Assembly: GCF_002105155.1 (NCBI RefSeq)
Contig: NW_019028998.1
Span: forward strand, 558,001 to 622,000
From: Lobosporangium transversale
Taxonomy: Eukaryota
Direction: 5' to 3'
Length of the DNA: 64,000 bases
This document shows, piece by piece, positions 38,872-53,100 of this stretch (position 1 is its first letter; the number at the start of each line of letters is the position of its first letter). The translations under genes and the position numbers were made by a program. The notes beneath the pieces were generated by a model. The model made no database searches and was not told the DNA's origin. It saw only the letters and a program-made list of their open reading frames with translations.

Positions 38872-40954
38872 TTACTCATTTGTGTTTAAGCTGAGACCTT
38901 CAAAAATCTTGGAGGCCAGGGCATCGTCCTTAAATTGAAGCATGTAAATGATACTCATCTTTTCTTGTGGGTTCATCAGAGTAATGGCCAGCTTCTTGGG
39001 ACCGACCAATTCTAGACAGTCGCATTGGACAATGACGCTGTCAAGGATCCGCTTCTGGCTCGAGATCAATCCCACAAACAATCTCACATATCCAGAAGGG
39101 TGTTCCCTCTTGATCTCAACCTTTGCAGCTCCCAGACTCATCCATTGACCATGATCTCCTGTCTGCAACAACAGCTTGCAGTCTGCAGGTGGATACATCG
39201 ATGTCAAGGTTTGTCTCACAGGTTTGTTCTGCTGTATAGTCTGTTGAGTGGGTGTGGAGGCAAGACTATCACCTCGAGATAAGACGGGTGAAGATGACGC
39301 CTTCTGAATGCTGGGGTCATACATGGCTCGTTCCTTAGTACGTTGGAATGCCATACAGAACTCATCGGCCTCTCGAACCGTGTCCAGCGCAACCATGAAC
39401 CATTGAACAGAAGCACCCATATCCATTGACACACTCACATCTGTCTCGGAAGCACGACGGAACGTTGTTGATTCCACAATCCAGGCATTCAGAACCAGCT
39501 GGCCTGTCTCGTATCTCGTCACCGCCATCGCCAACCGATTGGCTGTTGTCAGTCGCAACTCTGCATAACAATCATCATCTTCCACCAACGGTTCCCATTC
39601 ATCGTCACGCCATTGGAACACATCACAAGGTCTGGTTTTGAATAAAACTTCTTTGGCAGCCACCACGTTACCCATCCCGCCTGCAGGATGTCCATGTGGA
39701 AGACCGCCAGGTCCGGGCCTCACCATCATTGTATTAGTCCTTCGCATACTCTGTTCAAAGGAAGGAAAGAAAGAAAGAAAGAAAGGAATTGTTTATATAA
39801 CGTCTTTTCAAAATATCAACCATATTAAAAAAAAAAAAAAAAAAAAAAAAGAGAGAGAGGCATACCATGCGGTGGTCATTTGGAGGACGAGGTGGACGCT
39901 GTTGGTTCATCATAGGGGCTCCATGATTCATCATAGGCCTAAAGCCAGGTGAAGGCATACCATTAGGGCCTCCGGGACCCATGTGTGGACGAGGACCCAT
40001 GGGACTGCCCTGAGGTTGATAATACTGATATTGTCCTTGGAAGGGAGGTGACATGGGTCCGTTGTTATAATATTGCTGATGATAATGCGGGTCGCCGCCT
40101 GGCCCACCTGGTCCGCCTTGGAACGTAGGGGACAAGGGTGATCCAGGTCCCATGGGCCTCATGGGTGGTCGAGACTGTGTTTGACTTCTATTCAAACCTT
40201 GTTGTTGTAGACTAGCCATTCTGGCAGCGTCTCTTTGTTGAGCAGCAGCGACTTCATCGATCCACCTGAACTTGAGTTCGTCGTCATGCGTCCATATCCG
40301 TGTAGTCACCCTATTGACAATTACAAACTCTACCATAGGATCTACATAAAGGGATTATAGAAAGACATAAAATCAGCCATGATTTCGTACTGTATTTTAA
40401 AACCTTTTTTTTTTTTTTTTTTTTTTTTTTTTCATACCGTCTTCTTCGATGGTACCATCACGAGCAACGATATGTCGGACGGCCAGGGGTGGGAATAAAA
40501 GCCAGAACTCAGACTCATTGCCCTCAGGGTTGGCCTCGATCTCCTCTGGAGTCTTGATTCTGCACATGAGCAACAGATCTGAGAGCAAGATAATATGTCC
40601 ATCATCAAACTTTTCTACACCTTCATCTGTTGTAACAGAGAACGGAAGATCTCCACGGAGTAGGACATCACGTTCGATCAGTGATAATGATAACGAGCAA
40701 GTCTTCATTGCAAAAATATTATAAAATATCGAAAAAATTTTATATATATATATATAAAAAAAAAAAAAAAAAAAAAAAAGTAGTCGAGTTAATGAGCTGA
40801 ACGTTGATTTTTTATCTTGACAGTTTGTGCAACCAGAGGAATCTGACGACATTGCATCCCATAGACTTATCTCGCATGAGATAATGCATGATTACACCAA
40901 AAAGCGACAACAACAACAATAACAACAACAAACAGAAGCAGTAGCAATAAAAAA

Positions 40955-40987
<33 letters not shown>

Positions 40988-41699
40988 GACAGCATACCTT
41001 GGGCTGCATTGTGAAAATATCAAGGACCTTTGAGGTATCCAATGCACGCTCCAGTGCCTGCATAGCCTCTACTGTTCGAGCAGCAGAAGGATGTTGTGAG
41101 GGTCGCTGATCCGGATTCATACCGGGAGAGTGAGGAGAAGGCGGTAGGGCTGGGGAGATAGTATTGTTATAGTTGCCCCCGTGTTGGGGTGGGAAATTGG
41201 GAGGTGCCTGATCGGCAGCGCCGATGGGTGGCGAAGGGAGTGCCTGACGCATGGCAGATATGCCTGAAATGGCGGACAATGCTGGTGAGGCAGGATGCCG
41301 GGAAGTGCCAGGCACATCCACGGTCACGAATCGTAGAATCGTATCGATCCTCATAAACGCTGCCTCCAACGCATCAAAGTCGGGTTTTCCACGCTCAGAT
41401 GACTCTAGCAGACGCTGAAAAGAAGTAACAGCAATGATATGGAATAAAATAAACAAATAAACAAATAAACAGATTAATCAGTATTCATTATGAAGAAGCT
41501 ACTACGTTTTGCATTAAGAGGGGAAAAGAAAAAAGAAAAGGCATAGGTCCTCACCATATAGAGTCGACGATAGTAGTGTAGACGATCAATGGGCTTCATC
41601 AAGAAAGTATCTAGAGTGGTATGCTGAACTTGTTCTACAGCGATTTCCTATGAAATTAAATATATATATATATATAAAAAAAGCTTAAAAAATAGCCAA

Positions 41700-41783
<84 letters not shown>

Positions 41784-42426
41784 GAAAGTCTAATAAACTT
41801 ACAGCCAAAATATCCTGGAGTCGCGTATTATTTATGATCTCGGGCCAGTTGTCAAAATGAGGGACATGGTTGCGACAAAAGTTGGAGTATGAGGTCTCCA
41901 TTGAATCAGCAAACCACATCAAGACAGTACCTAGCTCCTTCATCGTATCAGCGCCAGGTGCTTTGACATCTGCTAACTTCTTTGAGAACTTGCGGTTGAC
42001 TGCGTAGATGTCTTCGACATTCCTGAGCAAGATGTCGACCTCCTTGGGAGGAAAGTCATCCTGAGTCCATCCTGCAGATACGCGCTGTATATGTGGTGTG
42101 AATTCCATCCAATTGTGTGCATAAAAAATAAATAAATAAATAAAAAGATAAAAATAAAAATAAAAGACCTTAAATTAGCTTTTCTGAATCCTCATTCATC
42201 ATTCATCATGCATGGAGTAGGAGTAGTAAATAATGTTTTTTGTTTCTTCGATCGATCTGTTTTATTACCTGAAGAAGGACTTTAAGATCGGCGACATATT
42301 CCTTTTCTGTATCAATAAGATCATCTAGTGGGTTAGGAGATTTGGGATGAGAAGGAAAAGGTTGCTCAAAGGGCGGACGTTGGAGCTAAAAAAAAAAAAA
42401 AACCGTTTTAGTGAAAAGTACAATGG

Positions 42427-42459
<33 letters not shown>

Positions 42460-42983
42460 AAATAGACTATGCATCAACCTTAGACAGAATGACTAACGGA
42501 GAAAATAAACGGACAGGGGAAATTGGATAAAAAAAGAGCAAAGGAACGAATAAGCGAAAAAAAAAATGAATAAACGAATTAACGAATAAGAGAGCCAGAA
42601 AAAAAAAAAAAAAAAAAGTAAATTTGCTATGTGTCTACCAGGGGTAAAAGACCCATGTTCCACTTTCATTTTAACTGTTCAGAAGAGTCCAGGAATGAGG
42701 ATACAGCGAAAGAAGAGAAACCTTTTTCTTTCCTCTTTTTTCGTTTCACGACTTACATGCATAGGAATGGCTCGCAAGGGATGGTTATGACTATTGTATC
42801 CACCTCCACCTCCACCTCCACCTCCACCTCCGCCTCCGGCCCCTCCTGGATAACGAGGACCAGGGCCCGGGTTTTCTGGACCACCATATGACTGGTAGAT
42901 GATATGGATGCGTACGAATGCAGAGGAATCAAAGTAATAGAAAGGAAAGAATAGAGAAAAAAAAAAAAAAAAAAAGAATGGAG

Positions 42984-43014
<31 letters not shown>

Positions 43015-43157
43015 AAAGAGAAGATTCGTGAGTAACTTTTTTTTTTTTTTTTTTTTTTTTTTTATATATATCAGTTGCTAACGGCTGTAATTGTAGTTGT
43101 AGTTGTAGTAGTTCAAGTGCATACCATCTGCTGCACAGGTCGTTGATCTCTGTTCAT
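38872..43157 (-). CDS. Dbl-homology (RhoGEF-like) protein with PH and two further PH-like domains
   Basis: Exons from ATG 43157 (MNRDQRPVQQM | SYGG...polyG | ...LDDLIDTEKEYVADLKVLLQ). DH motifs LRNVEDIYAVN and LDTFLMKPIDRLHYYRRLY. PH-like segment ILLSDLLLMCR. Confidence 0.75.
41700..41782. repeat. (AAT)n microsatellite, about 27 units, inside a RhoGEF intron
   Basis: Perfect trinucleotide run; it explains the poly-Tyr in the ORF track. Confidence 0.95.
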
Positions 43158-43690
43158 GGTGTTGTTGTTTGAATGGGATGAGATGAAGAGAAAAAAAAAA
43201 AAAAAAAAAAAAGAAAAAGTGAATGAAATGTGTGAATGTGAATGAATAAAGGTTTAAAAAGTGAATGTTCTAAAAAGAGAGAGGCGTAACAATGATAATT
43301 GGGTCGTGAATAAAGCAAGAAAAGAACACGGAGAGGAGGAAAGGAAGGAAGAGAAGGAAAAAAGAGAGGTAAAGGGGGAGAAAAGGGGGGGGGATAAAAG
43401 AAAGTGTGAAGAGGGTGAGGTATCCAAGACTATGTGGATGGCAGGGCAATCGATCTTGCAAGGTTGGGCAAAGTCGTTTTTATTTTTTATTCCTTCAAAA
43501 AAGAGAAAGAAAGGAAAGAAAGAAAGAAAAGAAAGAAAGAAAGAAAAGAAAGAAAGAGACAATCCTTGGCCCAAGGAGAGAAGAGTAGAAAGAATGGGAG
43601 AAAAGGAAAGAGAAAGATGAGGTTGGATAGAGAGAGAAAAGGAAGAGTGGAAGAGAAACAGATCGCTCATTTTCTCTCACTTCTCACTTC

Positions 43691-43722
<32 letters not shown>

Positions 43723-44008
43723 TCACTCTCCATCCAAACTAAATTGGGCTCGCATTCATACAATAAAAAAAAAAATTACTGGGTAAGGAACAACGATAAT
43801 GCTTCAGTGATCAATCAATACCCTACTGTGAAAAAATAAATGCATTGACCCCAAGTACAAGATCAACTTTTTTTTTTTTTTTTTTTTTTTTTCTCAAAAT
43901 AAATGTTAACCGTTATATACCAACCAACACATAAAACAGCTTTCCAACAGCCATACAAACACATAAACCGTAATTTAATTTAACAAAATAAAATAAAATA
44001 AGGAATAA

Positions 44009-44042
<34 letters not shown>

Positions 44043-44830
44043 CACATGTTTTAAACTAATGCTCTTTCACAAAACGATAAAAATTAAAAAAATTCACTCG
44101 GCTCCACCTTTGAGCCAGAGTTGAGTTGAGCCAAAATTAAAATCAAAAAAAATAAAAAAATAAAAAAAAAAAAAATAAAAAATAAAAGTATTCAAATATC
44201 TTTTTGTATATAATTACTCTGCTGTGTTTCTTGTATACATCGATGGATAGGGATTTCACATCCGGCCTGCTTACTCCATTGCATTTCTTCATCCTCTCCT
44301 TTACTTCATTTGCTTATCAAAATCAAAAATCTTATTAATCCGATATGAAAACCGCATCTTCACCCTCTACACCCTACACATGTTATTCAAGAAGGAGCCC
44401 TCTTCTTCCTTGTATTCTTCTATCATCATCATCATCATCATCATTATCATCATCATCATATTGTATATAATAATAGTAATAATCATAAAAAGGCTCAACA
44501 ACAAATGCTTGCAGCAATGTATATATACAAATATGAATATGTATATATGTATATACATTGTTCAAGATGATCGCGAAAAACTGCAACCAACTTGGTTCCA
44601 TTAACATACTTTTCCCACGTTTCGTGATCTTCAATTCAGTTGCAATAGCATAGCTATCATGAGCAAAAAAAAAAAAAAAAGCTATAGTTTACATGCAATC
44701 TTCATAATATTCCGTTCTTTAATTGTCTATCTATACCCTCTCTTCCTTCCAATAGTACCTAGCAGTTACAAACAAATAAACCTGTCCTCACATGTTACAG
44801 TAGCATCTTTTTTTTTTTTTTTTTTTTTTT

Positions 44831-45370
44831 TTAAGCTCTAGCATTAGTTGTCGTTGATGCTGTTGTTGATGTTGACGTTGATGATGTTCCTGCTGCTGCT
44901 GCTGATGTAGTGTTTTCGGATGCTACCTTTGCTGATCCTGTTGTCGGAACCTTGGTGTTGACAGATGCCTCCTCAACATTAGCCAGTCTCTGCAACTTCT
45001 TGGCCTCAACCCAAGCCAGGCGTCGTTCATTCAGAACAAATTTAATTCTTGCCATCGATTTCTTGCACTAGTTCATACGAACAAAAAAAAAAAGCAGCAT
45101 TGTCAAAAGATATATATATAAACTTGTCAGTTCACTTGTTTTTACAGATCAGATCAGATCAGATCAGATCAAGAACGTATTAAATCCCTTTCTTCTTTTT
45201 TACCTTCTCCTGACGACCCTTGTTGCTAAAAAATTGCTTCGAAATATGGAACCGACGAGCCTCTTCCTTCTGAGTGGCAAGGAGGTTGCGTTCCTTGAGT
45301 AGAACATACCAAAGTTTATGCAGATCATCAAATGACTTGAGCCTCAGCTCACTGGCTCTCCAAGCGCGAC

Positions 45371-45403
<33 letters not shown>

Positions 45404-45748
45404 AGAAAAAAAGAAAAGAAGAGAAAAATAATACTAATGAGTTAAACCTGATAGATCTGTGATTGATTCAATCTTTTTCCTTTTATCTTCCTTTTTTCCT
45501 CCTCTTACAACCGGATCAGAGAAGAGCACAGAGCGAATTTCAAAGAAAAGGATAAAAAGTAAAAAATAAAAGAATATAAAGAAAAAAAAAAAAAAAAAAA
45601 AGTATAGAAAAGAACGTGGTGATGTATTACCAGTCCATGACTTTTCCGTCGGAAGGGATTTGCCGCCTTCAAAGAATTCTTCAACTCCACGAGGCTTGAA
45701 TGCCACTTGCTTGATGCGGTTGAAAATAGGTCTGGCAAAGAATGACAT
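44831..45748 (-). CDS. MRPL4: Mitochondrial ribosomal protein uL29m (L47 family)
   Basis: Three exons: GVEEFF...[36 protein letters not shown]...|[15 protein letters not shown]. Confidence 0.93.
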
Positions 45749-46200
45749 GACTACCTTTCCTTTTCCTTAATTGCTGTTATTCGTTTTTTCTTTTTTTCTT
45801 TTTTTCTTATTTCCTATTTTTTAGCTGAATGTGATCCTCTGCCTTAATCTGGTCCAAGTTCAACGGTCTGAAATAACATCAATGGGTCTGGTGAGTAAAG
45901 CTGACAGAGTGTGGAAATATTAGTTTCCCTGTTGTTTGGTGCCTGGGGGGAGGGAAATGGAAGTGGCTTTTGGCTTGATCCTAAATGCTTGTCACATCCA
46001 TAGAAAATGTAAACATTTTTTTTTTTTTTTTTTTTTTTTTTAATTCCAACGTGTAACGCTTCGCCCTTTTTTTTCAGCAATTTTTTTCTTTGTTCTTTTT
46101 GTTTCTATAAATCATTAATATCTGTACCTTCCTTCTTTCACATAGTCAAGGTCTCCTTTCCTCCAAATCCCCAAACTCTCGATTCGCTTATTTCCCCTCT

Positions 46201-46540
46201 ATGAAGTTAACACCCGCTATCATCGCCTCTCAAGCTGGTGCTGCTGGGACAGATATCCAACAGCTCAAGGAGATCAATTTGTCAAAGAAAGGCATCAATC
46301 ATATTGAAGACATTTCCGTATGTATCAATCTTCATAAGCTCAATCTATCCAACAACAACCTTTCCTCACCAGATGCTATCTCCGGTCTCCAATATCTCCC
46401 ATCTCTCACCTTGCTCAACCTCAGTGGAAACCAACTCGATTCTTTCGAAGGTCTTCAACGGCTTTCGACACTCTTTGGTAAAATAATAAAAGAAATTCGC
46501 TGTCGTAGACTAACAAGCAATTGGCCGTCAAAAATATTTT

Positions 46541-46588
<48 letters not shown>

Positions 46589-48412
46589 GTTTCTAACGCG
46601 CGTAATATGTGTTACTATTTTTCGTTCTTCTCTTGCTTATTTTCTTTTTTATTCTTCATAAAAAAAAAAAAAAAAAAAAATAGTTTTAAATTTGTCCCAT
46701 AATGAATTGAATCGTATCTCTATCCACATTGAGAAATTGACTCAACTTAAAGCTTTGGTTCTCAACAACAACAAAATTAAAGTCGTTGACCATCTGGGTG
46801 GATTACTCGATCTCAATACCATCGTCCTCTCTCATAACCGTATTCAGCAACTACCCTCGTTCCCCAAACTTGAGAAATTGACAAAACTTTCTGCAGCCCA
46901 TAATGAGATTCGTCAGATCCCTGATTTATCAGATAACCCCTTGTTGAAAGAATTGAGATTGAACCATAACAAACTCGTCACCATTCCTGATACCCTCCGT
47001 CGTTGTGTTGCCTTGGACATCCTGGATTTGGGTCATAACCTTTTGAGAGACTGGAGCGACGTGGCCGCCTTGGGATCCTTGATGAAATTGACCAATTTGA
47101 GTCTCCAGGGGAATCCTATTTGTCAAAAGCCAGATTATAAAGAGAAGGTAATTTTTAATTTTTTTTTTTTTTTTTTTTTAACATAAAAAAAAAAAAAAAA
47201 AAAAAAAAGTCGGTTTCTAATAGATTATTATCATTAAAATAGATTTTAGAGCTTGTGCCATCACTAAGAGTATTGGATGGTGAACGTTTTGATCCAAAGT
47301 TCCTTCAGATCAAAGCCAAGCGTGCAGAGCACAAGGAGATGGTTGAAAAGATGAAGAAAAAGAAGGAGGACTTGGAGAAGAAGAAGATGCTCAAAAAAAT
47401 CAAACGTGGTGAGATTGATCCAGAGGCTGTTGATAAGGAAGTCCTTGCAGAAGCAGAACAGTTTGAGCGGCTGAAAAAGAAGAAGAAAACATCAAAAGCG
47501 GAAGATGATGTCGATAGCGGCGATGACGACAACAGCAACAGAAAGAAGGAGAAGAAGGAGAAGAAGGAGAAGAAGGAGAAGAAGGAGAGAAAGGATAAGA
47601 TGGATAAAAAAGAAAAGAAGACGCAAAAGATGGAAAAGGAAAAGGAAAAGGAAGGCAAGGAAGATAAAAAGTCTAAATCTTTGAAGCGGTCAAGAGATGC
47701 AAACGAGGACGACACGGGCTCGAATGCTGGGGGCGCTAAGAAAAGAAAGTCAACATTGTCATCCGTCTTCAAGGGCAATGGACCTCGTCCGCTCAGCGCC
47801 CTCGTACCATCGCTTCCAACGTCCTCTGTTGTTGACAGCGAGGGCGATGTGGACATGGAGAATGGCAGGGGCAAAGTAAAGAGAGCAGGATCAAATAATG
47901 AGACCAAGAAGGATGCAAAGAAGGCTGTCAAGAAAGAGGCCAAGAAAGAAAAGACAGCTGCTCTACTGGAAAAGAAGAAAACCGAGCGCGACGAGAAGAA
48001 GATGAAGAAGAAGGACAAGGAAAAGTCGGAATCTACTGCACTGGAAGGAGACTCATTCTTTGTAAGGCCTACAGAAGAAGAAGTCAAGATCAAGAAGGCT
48101 AAGCTCGAGAAGGCTACTCAGGCTGCTGCCGCCGGCTCAGCAACAACAACAACAACAAGCACTACAGCAAAGGCTACCATCCCAACTACCATCAACGCTC
48201 CCGGTATTAATACTACTGCTTCCGCTGCAACCGACAAACCTATGCGTGGACTGGATCCTGCGGAGAGTGCAAAGGCACGATCAGGTGTTGTGGCCGTTGT
48301 TGACAAGTCTGCACAGCTGGCCAAAAAGAACAAGAAGCCTAGCTTTGATATTACGGCGCTCGAGGCAGATGCAGATCCATTTGGTGGAGGAAAAGTCTCT
48401 GGATGGGATTAG
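46201..48412 (+). CDS. Leucine-rich-repeat protein (SDS22-like LRRs plus LRRcap) with Lys/Glu-rich tail, probably nucleolar
   Basis: Three exons. Repeated LxxLxLxxNxI, LSLQGNPICQKPDYKEK|ILELVPSLRVLDGERF, charged tail ending GGGKVSGWD. Confidence 0.85.
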
Positions 48413-48646
48413 ATCTATTAGACCGGGCGTTCAAATCAATATTTTCATTTTTTGTATTTTTTGATCCATACCATAGTATCTCTTTCTTCATTTTGCATCT
48501 TCAAACATTACTTAATGAAAACTCATCGTCCTCCGTATGCGGAGGAAAATTTTGCAACGATTTTTTCTTTGCTCTGAATGCAAATTATATATGGGATTTA
48601 GTTGTTTTTTATTTGTATTTTTGTATTTTATTTTATTTTATTTTAT

Positions 48647-49226
48647 TTATTTCGTGATCTCCAATTGCCATGACATTACCCCGAGCTTCTCTTCCACCGA
48701 AAGTCTCTCCGGTACTGTTTCTGTATAAGGCTCCAACTCCCACAACAGAGTCATATTGGTCAGTTGTTGGTCCAGGAGCGTCGGTAACTCATCCTGACCG
48801 GAATCCTTCAATTCATGAATGGTTTGCAATGCTTCCAGAATCGATTCCTTTAGCCCGATCTCATCTAAGGCCTGCTCAAAGACATGCTGAATATACGAGG
48901 ACATGTCCAGCGGTGTTGCCTGTGTTCCTGGAATGATGTGAGTTATCAACCTTGGATCTGGAATGTATCCTCGTGTCATTGACATGGTTGTCATAGTGGT
49001 TATCAGATCGCTATGACTATCTTCATCTGGTCTTTTGTTCTGTTGGTCTTCTTTCTCGTTTTCTTCATTTTCATCTTCTTCTTCCCGTTGTTGTTGTTGT
49101 TGTTGTGCTTTTTGAGCTTCAAGAATCGCGTCAATGCCTATGATCTCTGGTGGAGAAGCTTGCTGGATCTGTGCAATTAGTTTCTGACGGATCCTATTCA
49201 TCCTTGTAATAACATCTTGAACTATT

Positions 49227-49282
<56 letters not shown>

Positions 49283-49870
49283 GTAAACCGCATTAATCCA
49301 ACAAGTACAGCGAATGCGTCCTTTTTTTTTTTTCTTTCTTATAATCCCTGTCTTTTGAAAGTTAAAAAAAAAAAAAATTACGTTGATCTATCACTGCAGT
49401 CAATTCATCGATTGCTCTTATAACGGCTATTTTTATATGTATTTTTTTAAAAAAAAAAAAAAAAAATTAATGCATTTAGTCTGACTGAAAAAAAAAAAAA
49501 AAAAAAAAAATTCGTTCTTACAAGTTCGTGCACTCTTGAGGGCCGTTATCCCCTGGGTGTTATACTTCTTCCACTCGGTTGTCGATCTATGCTCCCCTCA
49601 CCCAAAAATAAATAAATAAAAAAAAATAAAAATAAAATAAAACAACGGCTCATTGATTAGTTTTTTAATCTAGTTTATTTCATACATTCATTCATTCATT
49701 CCTTTCTTGCTAAAAAGTTGATGCAATTGCAGTTGCATTTGTTTGTTTTTTTTTAAACAATCCAGCATTTACAATTGTCGAAAGTCTGTTGTTGTAGTTA
49801 ATATCCGTGCCAAGTAATCTCGTTCTCTGTTAGTCAGTGTCTTTGACGTTTGTAAGCTGTGTTTACTCAT
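48647..49870 (-). CDS. CINP-like helical protein (260 aa)
   Basis: Exons 49870-49773, 49586-49522, 49426-49382 and 49221-48647 join in frame. N-terminal LARILTTTTDFRQLSTTEWKKYNTQG and C-terminal EIGLKESILEAL...LLWELEPY resemble the CINP/C1orf109 pattern as I recall it. Confidence 0.6.
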
Positions 49871-49946
49871 TTTTTGTATTATAAAAAATAAAAGGATGTG
49901 TATTGTTGTAAAAAAAAAAAAAAAAAAAAAAAAAGCCAAAACTATA

Positions 49947-49983
<37 letters not shown>

Positions 49984-50195
49984 GTGTGTCTACAAATACA
50001 CGAGAGATCGCTCATTAAGATAAAAAAAAAAAAAAAAAAAAGGCACAGCAACAAAGAAACTTGCAGAAAGAAAAATGTTAAATGAAAATGAAATACGGAA
50101 AGAATATATGGAAGGAAAAAGTCTAGATTACAGACAAAGGTAGGAGTATTATATGAGATTATAAAAAAAAAATAAAAATAAAAAAAAAGGCCTTT

Positions 50196-53100
50196 TCAAG
50201 GCCTCCTTGGTAGAGGGTATGTGTAAGATGGCGCTGGTGCATAACGCGATGGAGACGCTGCCTGGTTGTGATGCGGTGGAGGCGGTAGCTGCTGTTGCTG
50301 AGGAGGTGGATGCGGCTGCAGCTGTGGTTGCGATGGTGGTGGTGGAGGCCCATGACCATGAGCGTGACCATGACTATGACCATGACCATGCCCATGCGAA
50401 GGTGGAGGTGGTCCATACCCATGCCCAATAGGGGGTGAGTGTGTCACAGGAGGGGAGCTGGATGCTCCAGAATGATGTGAATCCAAGGCATGGTCCAAAC
50501 CATTGAGTACTGCTGCTGCTCTTCCCAATAGCATCGACAGATGGGACACCTCACGCTGCAAGTCCTTGCGCGTCTGCTGTAGAACATCTGTGTTTGTCGA
50601 AGATGCTGGCGCCACATGATTACCTGATGCCCCAATGGCTGCCCCATTCATCGGCATAGACGGCGGTGAGGGTTGTCGTCCATGCCCATTATAGTGATGA
50701 TGGTGAGGCGGTGGAGGACCCTGTTCTTGTTGGTGTAGCAAGTCTGTTGCCCTTGGGAGAGGCTGATGATGACTCTGGTGCGGAGGATGTGGAAGCGAAA
50801 TAGGCGGCAAGTGCGCCGAATTACCACCACCAGATCCAGCACGTTCACGATCCACATGTGGATCACTCGGGCCTGAATGATGGTAAGGTGCTGAATAACC
50901 AGAGCTGTTCGGCATGACATTACTCTGAGTCGGTGACGATCCCGTGCTATAATGATGCCCTCCTTGTGCTGGCGGCATTGAGGCCCCTTGAGATTGAGGT
51001 GACTCTGGTGGACGATAATCATGTCCTGGTCCTGGTGGAGGTGGACCTTGGTTGCGATACGGCTGATGAGGATGATGATATGGTGGGTACCTCGAGTAGT
51101 GTGGTGGCGATCCTGGCGGTGGCGGGCCAGTCGAATGTACGATGCCTGTAGATGACAACCGAATATTAGTTGAAGACGTCGACACAGTACTATATCCAGG
51201 CAGACGCTGGTTCCATCCTGAAGCATATTGTGAGCTGGGATGCATTCCCTCTTCTAAATCTCGAGGAGCGTGACCATTATGTGCATAGGAATGTGGGGGG
51301 TGTTGATACATTGGATGTTGAGTCTGATTGTGAGCTTTAGAATACAGTGGCATCGACTGCTGCGATGGTGGCGGTGGCGCCATGTGTTGCATTTCTCTGT
51401 CGTCATGTCTGACTGTCGAACCAGGATGGTTAGGTCCGCCTGAAGAACTCAGAGTCATAAGACTGGCTAACGCTGTGTTGGTCTTAACATCACTATTGAC
51501 CATAGAAGGTGCACTTCCTTGATGTGGCTGTGGCGGCATAGAATGTGGTGGAACGTGATGTACAGGATAGCGTGACATACTCGCAGAGGGCGTTGAATGA
51601 TAATGTCTATTGACTGAATGTGCGCTCGGCATGTATCGAGACGGCCCCAAGTGTGCATGACCATGTGGGTATCCTTCCTGCGATCGAGATTGCTGCTGAG
51701 AGTATGAGGACCCTTGGTGGTGAGGTGAGTTGGAATGATGATGGTTCTGCTCACCATTGCTAATATTATCAATAGGCGACATACTGCGGCGATAACTGTT
51801 TGATCCCTGCTCACGCTGGCTTCGATCAGGATAATCATTCCCAGACGGTTTGGGCAGAATGTACTCCTCCATGGATGGACCTCCTCTGGCTCCATTAGAG
51901 CTCTGAATCCGTCTACGTTTGGGATCTCCTTGTCCTTCCATGCTAGACGTTGGAGGCGATGATCGTGGACCCTGCAGGGAAGGATATCGAGTTCCTTGAA
52001 GTTGAGATGGTTGCTGTGGCTGCAAATGCTGTGGTTGGTGTCTCATATTCTGAGAAACCGATGGCGGTGGGCTAGGTGGGATCACGCGCTTCCTGCGCCT
52101 AATGACCGCACGCTTCATTGTTACAGGACGATGGACATTGTGCAGTTTGTAATAAAGTCCGCACGCATTGCAGATCGTATTGCCACTGCTATCTCGACGC
52201 CAAAGAGGAGTTGTGGTTGTTCGACAATTGGCGCATACAAGGTGTTGACGATTTGACTGTTGTTGATTGTAGGAAGGGCATCCTGAACATGTATGCGTTC
52301 CTCCTGCACCATTACAGTTGCCATCTCCTGGGCAAGGTTCAGTCTCCGAAGGCTTTTCTTCTGACTCCTGTGAGGCTGCCTTTGTGGACTCAGCAGTGGA
52401 CCTTTCATCATCCAATGATGCTCCATCTATCGAAGAAGGCCCAGATTTGCTCGTTGGGTTCAAAGATGCAGCTCGAACATTCCCATCTTCTAGATCGTCT
52501 GTTTCGCCAGTTGCAGTATCGCCCTTCTTGAGACCCATGTTGCGCTTGAGCCATGGTGGTCTTGTTAGATTCCTTGCTTTGTAGTACAGACCTAAGTATT
52601 GCCGAGCAAATAGTTATAAAACAAGGCAATATATATAAAAAAAATAAAAATAAAAAAAAAAAAAAAAAAGCGAGTTAGTTATGACACTTTTATACTAAAG
52701 TAATTAATATATGACATTAAAGTACATTAACTAAAATAAAGTGATAACTAAAATAATCAATACTACGATGTGATGCAATGCAATGGCAAAGTCGACTGAA
52801 ATTGAGTTTAAACTGTGTGTGACCCAAACCAGCGCCATCTCGATGCTCTCTCTCATCATTGTACAATCACAAAAATAAAAGTGAATAGGAGGGAGAGAAA
52901 GAGATCAGCTTGATCAAGTAAAGGAATAAGGATAGATAGACAAGGGACCCCATCATACAAAAAAAAAAAAAAAAAAAAAAAAAAACCATCCTGTTCTTTT
53001 TACTCTGTGTGTGCACCACGTGCAGAAGACACAATAAGAGTCCATCAAGCACGAGAGAAGAAGAAGAAGAACTGAAGTGAACAATCAATCAATCCAGCTA

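Noticed and set aside
43254..43742. Several overlapping ORFs on both strands
   Set aside because: Artefacts of a purine/pyrimidine-biased promoter or 5'-UTR tract of the RhoGEF gene.
47305..48093. 262-aa antisense ORF
   Set aside because: Shadow of the Lys/Glu-rich LRR exon; Phe/Ser/Leu low complexity.
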